Below, piece by piece: positions 15,472 to 16,246 of a DNA stretch of 16,246 bases (its first letter is position 1; every line of letters starts with the position of its first letter). Where the stretch lies: contig JASFYO010000006.1 in assembly GCA_045047305.1 (NCBI GenBank), positions 1 through 16,246 of the forward strand, written 5' to 3'. The notes under the pieces are model-generated. The model saw nothing but the letters and a program-made list of their open reading frames with translations, had not been told where the DNA came from and ran no database searches. The translations under genes were made by a program, and so were the position numbers. Source of the stretch: Planctomycetota bacterium (GTDB lineage: Bacteria; Planctomycetota; UBA1135).

Positions 15472-16246
15472 TGATCTGCTCCTTACCTCTCATCTTGTGC
15501 AGCTGGATTAGCTTCGCAGGAGTTTCCGCCTCGACGCCTGCTCCCCAGCAGACCGAGGACCTCAAACCTCTCGTGCTTGGCGCCGATACTTTTCAGCGCC
15601 GGGTTTTGGCGAACGGATTGCATGCCGTTGCGATACAAGAGGAGGCTGCCACAGCTTCCATTTTTCTTGCGGTCTCTGCGGGTACGCGGAATGAAAGCGC
15701 AAGCACCACCGGCCTCGCGCACCTAACGGAACATGCCATGTTCGCTGGTACTCCAACGACTGGCACCGATTTGCATGAGAAAACCATCGTGCAATGGGGT
15801 GGAGAATCGAATGCATATACGCGTGATGATTTCACCATGTACTACGACCATGAGTTCCCACCAGAGGAGCTAAAAAAAGTCTTGGCGATGGAAGCGGATC
15901 GTCTGGTCAACCTGAGCTTGGAGAGCAAGGCCGTGTTGCACGAGCGTCATCGTTTGGAATTGGAAGAGGCGCATGCTTACCGCACCGCAGACGGTCGCTC
16001 CCAGCAGTTGGAGGCGGCGGTGTTTCAGTTGCATCCGTATCGTTATGGCTTGCGCACGCCAGAAGGACATACGCGTGCTCCTGGCCTGAGCGTGGCAGCG
16101 GTGGAGGAGTTCTACCATGCACATTATCATCCGAATCGTGTTGCGGTGGTGGTGGTCAGTCCTTTGCCCCCAACGGTTGCGCTCGATGCTATCGAGTCGG
16201 CATTCGGCTCGCTCCCAGCAGGATCTGCGGCTCCAGTGATTTCGCA
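15471..16246 (+). CDS. Secreted M16-family (pitrilysin/insulinase-like) zinc peptidase (partial, 3' truncated)
   Basis: Hand translation from ATG 15471 (TAATG overlap) is open to the window end: MICSLPLILCSWISFAGVSAS...LANGL...AGTRNESASTTGLAHLTEHAMFAGT...GGESNAYT...MEADRL...ELEE...HPY...EFYHAHYHPNR. Inverted zinc motif HxxEH at 15720-15734. Confidence 0.92.
   Translation, partial: MICSLPLILCSWISFAGVSASTPAPQQTEDLKPLVLGADTFQRRVLANGLHAVAIQEEAATASIFLAVSAGTRNESASTTGLAHLTEHAMFAGTPTTGTDLHEKTIVQWGGESNAYTRDDFTMYYDHEFPPEELKKVLAMEADRLVNLSLESKAVLHERHRLELEEAHAYRTADGRSQQLEAAVFQLHPYRYGLRTPEGHTRAPGLSVAAVEEFYHAHYHPNRVAVVVVSPLPPTVALDAIESAFGSLPAGSAAPVIS

Noticed and set aside
15483..16130. Cluster of short minus-strand ORFs at the right end
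   Set aside because: They are antisense to the uninterrupted M16 peptidase frame on the + strand.

Overview
Bacterial chromosomal window of moderate GC. Planctomycetota-like origin is only an inference from signal-peptide style and gene content. The left half holds the 3' end of an Asp-rich repeat protein, a soluble inorganic pyrophosphatase (ppa), two convergent secreted hypothetical proteins, a secreted 34-aa-period ankyrin-repeat protein, an HD-domain hydrolase and the co-chaperone djlA. The right half (6035..>16246) is a divergently transcribed Wzy-type surface polysaccharide locus. Its left arm is a short Wza/OPX lipoprotein, a kinase-less Wzc/GumC-like co-polymerase and two small unknown membrane proteins. 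Its right arm is an alkaline-phosphatase-superfamily phosphodiesterase, a GH39-like lipoprotein, a Wzy/O-antigen-ligase-like protein, a second kinase-less co-polymerase paralog and a translationally coupled M16 zinc peptidase that the ORF track misses. The two arms appear to share one symmetric bidirectional -10 element at the centre of their 90-bp intergenic region. Five stand-alone genes look leaderless (-10-like hexamer 5-7 nt before ATG). No rRNA, tRNA, CRISPR array or mobile element was seen.
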